Origin: a virus
Taxonomy: Duplodnaviria; Heunggongvirae; Uroviricota; Caudoviricetes
Strand: one strand, 5' to 3'
Virus record (IMG/VR): IMGVR_UViG_2778261506_000002
Length of the DNA stretch: 18,236 nt
The number at the start of each line of letters is the position of its first letter. Position 1 is the stretch's first letter. The translations under genes and the position numbers were made by a program. The notes under the pieces were generated by a model, which had not been told where the DNA came from, did no database searches, and saw only the letters and a program-made list of their open reading frames with translations. This document shows, in pieces, positions 17,080 to 18,236 of this stretch.

Positions 17080-17099
17080 AAAAAAGCTCCCGAAGGAGC
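17080..17099 (-). terminator. Intrinsic terminator downstream of the cspI-like gene
   Basis: Minus strand reads GCTCC-TTCG-GGAGC followed by TTTTTT: a UUCG tetraloop hairpin with a U6 run. Confidence 0.55.
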
Positions 17100-17306
17100 C
17101 TTCATTTTCACTTTTTTAAATCCAACGACAGACGGCTGGCATTTAAGTATTGTGAAATATTATCAAATGTAATCATCATTGATTTACAAAAGATACATTT
17201 TGCCCCGAAAGGATTCATGTCAGAAACATCAAAAGATGATGTTCTATACTGGGAACCATGACAACACGGGCATCTAAAGTGAATATGGTTTGTAATATTG
17301 TCTACC

Positions 17307-17519
17307 TCAAAGCGCCACTACATGAACAGCGGCAGGACCTTTAGGTCCGTTCTCAATACCAAATTCAACTTCCTGATTCTCAGTTAATGTTTTGAAATCG
17401 TTGCTCTGAATTGCTGAGAAATGGACAAACACATCTTTGCTGCCATCTTTCGGCGTGATGAAACCAAAACCTTTTTCAGGGTTAAACCATTTCACTAAAC
17501 CAGTCATTTTGTTAGACAT
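17307..17519 (-). CDS. cspI: Cold shock protein, CspA family (CspI/CspB-like)
   Basis: 70 aa [38 protein letters not shown]..., with the RNP1/RNP2-like cold-shock-domain motifs. A long AT-rich 5' leader is typical of csp genes. The symbol is by similarity and Qin synteny; cspB-type cannot be excluded. Confidence 0.85.
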   Translation of the reverse strand: MSNKMTGLVKWFNPEKGFGFITPKDGSKDVFVHFSAIQSNDFKTLTENQEVEFGIENGPKGPAAVHVVAL

Positions 17520-17623
17520 AATTATTACCTTTTGAAGAAATTAGCCCTTGGGCAGAATGGTCCGAAAAAAAATATCAGAGAGAAAAACCAACAAGGAAAT
17601 CTCAAGAGGTACAAATAATAAAA

Positions 17624-17629
17624 TTATAA
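17624..17629 (-). promoter_or_regulatory. Candidate sigma70 -10 box (TGT-TATAAT) for the cspI-like gene
   Basis: Minus-strand TATAAT with an upstream TG, about 100 nt before the cspI ATG. No convincing -35 box. Not verified. Confidence 0.3.
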
Positions 17630-17884
17630 CAATGACTGCTTCAGATAAATTTGTAACAAACCAGAACACCATTAACGCATGATTAACCACCCATAGCAAG
17701 GATTACTTTTGTAAAGAAAAACACAGCAATGAAAGAATAGCTTTATTTATTAATAAAACGTGTCATTCTGATTAAGACCTTTTATCTTACCCTTAAGATT
17801 TCAGGAATTTTGGCTCATGGAAGAGTCCTTTTTATTTAAATTTTACATTCCGCGATGTAAATGTTCCGATTTAATATTACCCTA

Positions 17885-18236
<352 letters not shown>

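Noticed and set aside
17052-17261. 69-aa plus-strand ORF
   Set aside because: Starts at a GTG, spans the bidirectional hairpin, and overlaps a more plausible minus-strand small frame; likely spurious.

Overview
The window is the late (virion) arm of a lambda-like, cos-packaging siphovirus prophage from an Escherichia-type host, followed by a low-GC accessory island and the end of an IS1 element. From about 14.8 kb down to position 1, every supported gene is on the minus strand in lambda order: terminase small and large subunits, gpW-like, portal, a single-ORF prohead protease/major capsid fusion, two small head-completion genes, then Z, U, V, G/T (frameshift), H (tape measure), M, L, K and the 5' part of I, which runs off the window. 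A candidate cosN/cosB lies about 185 bp upstream of the small terminase gene. Beyond it (15.0-18.0 kb) is an AT-rich moron island with the same gene order I recall for the E. coli K-12 Qin prophage (ydfO-like, gnsB-like, cspI-like) plus several unannotated small ORFs. I see no tRNA, rRNA or CRISPR, and no defence-type enzyme domains; if anything here is undescribed, it is the small-ORF island at 15.0-17.3 kb. All homology statements rest on reading the translations and on remembered lambda/K-12 sequences and coordinates, not on a database search. The track accepts TTG/GTG starts, so several gene starts were re-placed on ATG codons with Shine-Dalgarno support.
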